A stretch of DNA of 35,002 bases from Octopus bimaculoides. Lineage: Eukaryota. The stretch is from assembly GCF_001194135.2 (NCBI RefSeq), contig NC_068986.1, forward strand, positions 11,882,436 to 11,917,437. Reading direction: 5' to 3'. A program made the position numbers and the translations under genes. Every line of letters begins with the position of its first letter. Positions within the stretch are counted from its first letter, which is position 1. The notes beneath the pieces were generated by a model. That model was not told the DNA's origin and did not search any database. It saw only the letters and a list, made by a program, of their open reading frames with translations. Below, piece by piece: positions 33,068 through 35,002 of the stretch.

Positions 33068-33779
33068 TACAATCTGCATACAACAACCTACATAGCTATT
33101 TCCATTTATGGGCACAACACAACAACAGAAATTTTAATAATAACAACAACAACAACAATAATAATACATTATTTTACACCAGTGTCACTTTGATGGTAGG
33201 CACTGCTTTCTCACTCACTCACTCACTCACTCATTCAATAATAATAATAATAATAATAATGATAATAATACTAATGATAAATGTACTAAACAACCAAATA
33301 TGCAAAAATATTTAATATTCACACAATACACAGAGAGAAATTTTGTTGTAGTCTCTGACATTTCATTCAACAGATATCAATCACATATTCAAACAGATGT
33401 CCGTGTGTTGCGGGGTAAAATTCTATTCGCAATTAAACCGTAATAATGAGTTCACTGTAATCATTAAGACAGTTATGTCTTTATCATTATTCAAAAAATA
33501 TAGATATTTATTGCTTTAGTCATTTTTATGTCACGCTCCAGTAAATCCGCTCCTAGTTTCGTTTTGCCATTGTTCACCGTAATTCTCTTTCCATCTTGCT
33601 TGAGTCTTTCGCCATAACTTTTTTCCTCACTTTCTCCCTCCTTCTCACGTTCCGTCTCTTCCCACACCCCTTCCCTCTTTCTTTCTCTTCTCTTTCAAAT
33701 TCTCTCCATTTGTAGTCCCCTTCCTTCTTTTTACTCTATTTCTTTGTTGTGCCCTCATATCATTATTAACCCTTTTTTA

Positions 33780-33822
33780 TTATCTATCTATCTATCTGTC
33801 TGTCTGTCTGTCTGTCTGTGTG

Positions 33823-33891
<69 letters not shown>

Positions 33892-34105
33892 TGATCTATC
33901 TAATCGTCTGTCTGTCCGTCTGTCTGTCTGTCCGTCTGTCTGTCTGTCCGTCTGTCTGTCTGTCCGTCTGTCTGTCTGTCCGTCTGTCTGTCTGTCCGTC
34001 TGNNNNNNNNNNNNNNNNNNNNNNNNNNNNNNNNNNNNNNNNNNNNNNNNNNNNNNNNNNNNNNNNNNNNNNNNNNNNNNNNNNNNNNNNNNNNNNNNNN
34101 NNNNN

Positions 34106-34140
<35 letters not shown>

Positions 34141-34185
34141 TACACATACACACACGTACACACACATATACACACACACACACAA
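33780..34185. repeat. Compound CTAT/CTGT/CCGT and CA microsatellites across a gap
   Basis: Direct reading. Confidence 0.9.
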
Positions 34186-34199
34186 GCACTCATTATTTG

Positions 34200-34940
34200 T
34201 AAGAACAGAATATTTTGCCAGTGCTTAAGCAGTGGTTATTTTTGCTTCACGACTTTGCCATTTCTTGGGTGGAGGCAATGAAGAAGCCGTGTAGCCAATT
34301 CGTACGAAAATGGCTGAGTGTGCTTCCAACTTTTAGCTCAGTCAATCTGTATACTAAGACCTCTAAGCTTCGCCCACCAGTTTTATCAGTGGTAGAGGAA
34401 TTCGAAGCCACGAAAGCAGGAACAATCAGCACATTGCTTGTATCTGAGGTTGAGAGAGTAGACATGGTGCAGCAGGAAGTGGATGTTCTTGGAAGCTGTG
34501 CAGGAAGCGGAAACACACAGGCAGCACCAGGAGATTGTCGGAAATAGTCTGTCAGGGACGGCTAAGACTTAACAACTGCAACACTAAGAAAGGGTCCGCG
34601 ATTCAACAGAGGAGGGTCTTTGTTGAAGGCATTACAGTTGGCCCACTAAAAAATAATAGGTATAGTGAACCCAGGCACTTGAGCGCCACTCTCCTTGAAT
34701 GTACTCTGGGATACATACAAGAGAAAATTGTCTTTATTCTTGCGTGCTGCCGCTGACCTTGTTAGCCACAAATTACCTTAAAATATGGGATAAAAAAGGA
34801 AGACTCACTTTGCAAGCAGTGTGAAGCAACTCCTTGCACCCTTTTTAACCGGATGCTTTAGACCATTGGGAGAAGGCCGATATAAGTGGAGGCATGACAA
34901 TGAATTTACAGAAATTGTCGAGTGGAAAGACTTGTAAAGG
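34200..34940 (+). mobile_element. Decayed RLE-type non-LTR retrotransposon fragment (Hero/R4/NeSL-like)
   Basis: VRKWLSVLPTFSSVNLY...KLRPPVLSVVEEFEATK (post-RT region), a CKQC zinc-knuckle remnant and GCFRPLGEGRYKWRHDN (GRYxWRHD motif preceding the RLE nuclease). Confidence 0.75.
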
Positions 34941-34961
34941 GATGGCACGCGGCCTCATTCC

Positions 34962-35002
<41 letters not shown>

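Noticed and set aside
33374-33414. Candidate 41 nt exon; also 26224-26277 and 27956 onward
   Set aside because: Isolated splice-like signals whose peptides are not recognisable and cannot be linked.

Overview
Eukaryotic, AT-rich, gap-rich (N) draft-assembly DNA that is almost entirely repetitive. The SINE families, microsatellite density and TTAGGG repeat suggest a cephalopod (Octopus-like) genome; this is inferred from recall, not from a search. No intact protein-coding gene is recognisable, and most entries in the ORF track are microsatellite or gap artefacts. Supported content: about 13 tRNA-derived SINE copies of three families; decayed LINEs (RTE, Tx1/L1-like, CR1-like, Hero/R4-like); mariner, Tc1 and pogo remnants; an internally deleted Helitron retaining both ends (~20593-24330); an interstitial degenerate (TTAGGG)n array; two foldback structures; several minisatellites; and weak candidate host exons. 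The most notable signal is three different minimal type I hammerhead-ribozyme motifs of the Penelope/retrozyme type (84-124, 20026-20092, 25784-25831), each near simple repeats. The best-preserved one lies ~130 bp from the telomere-like array.
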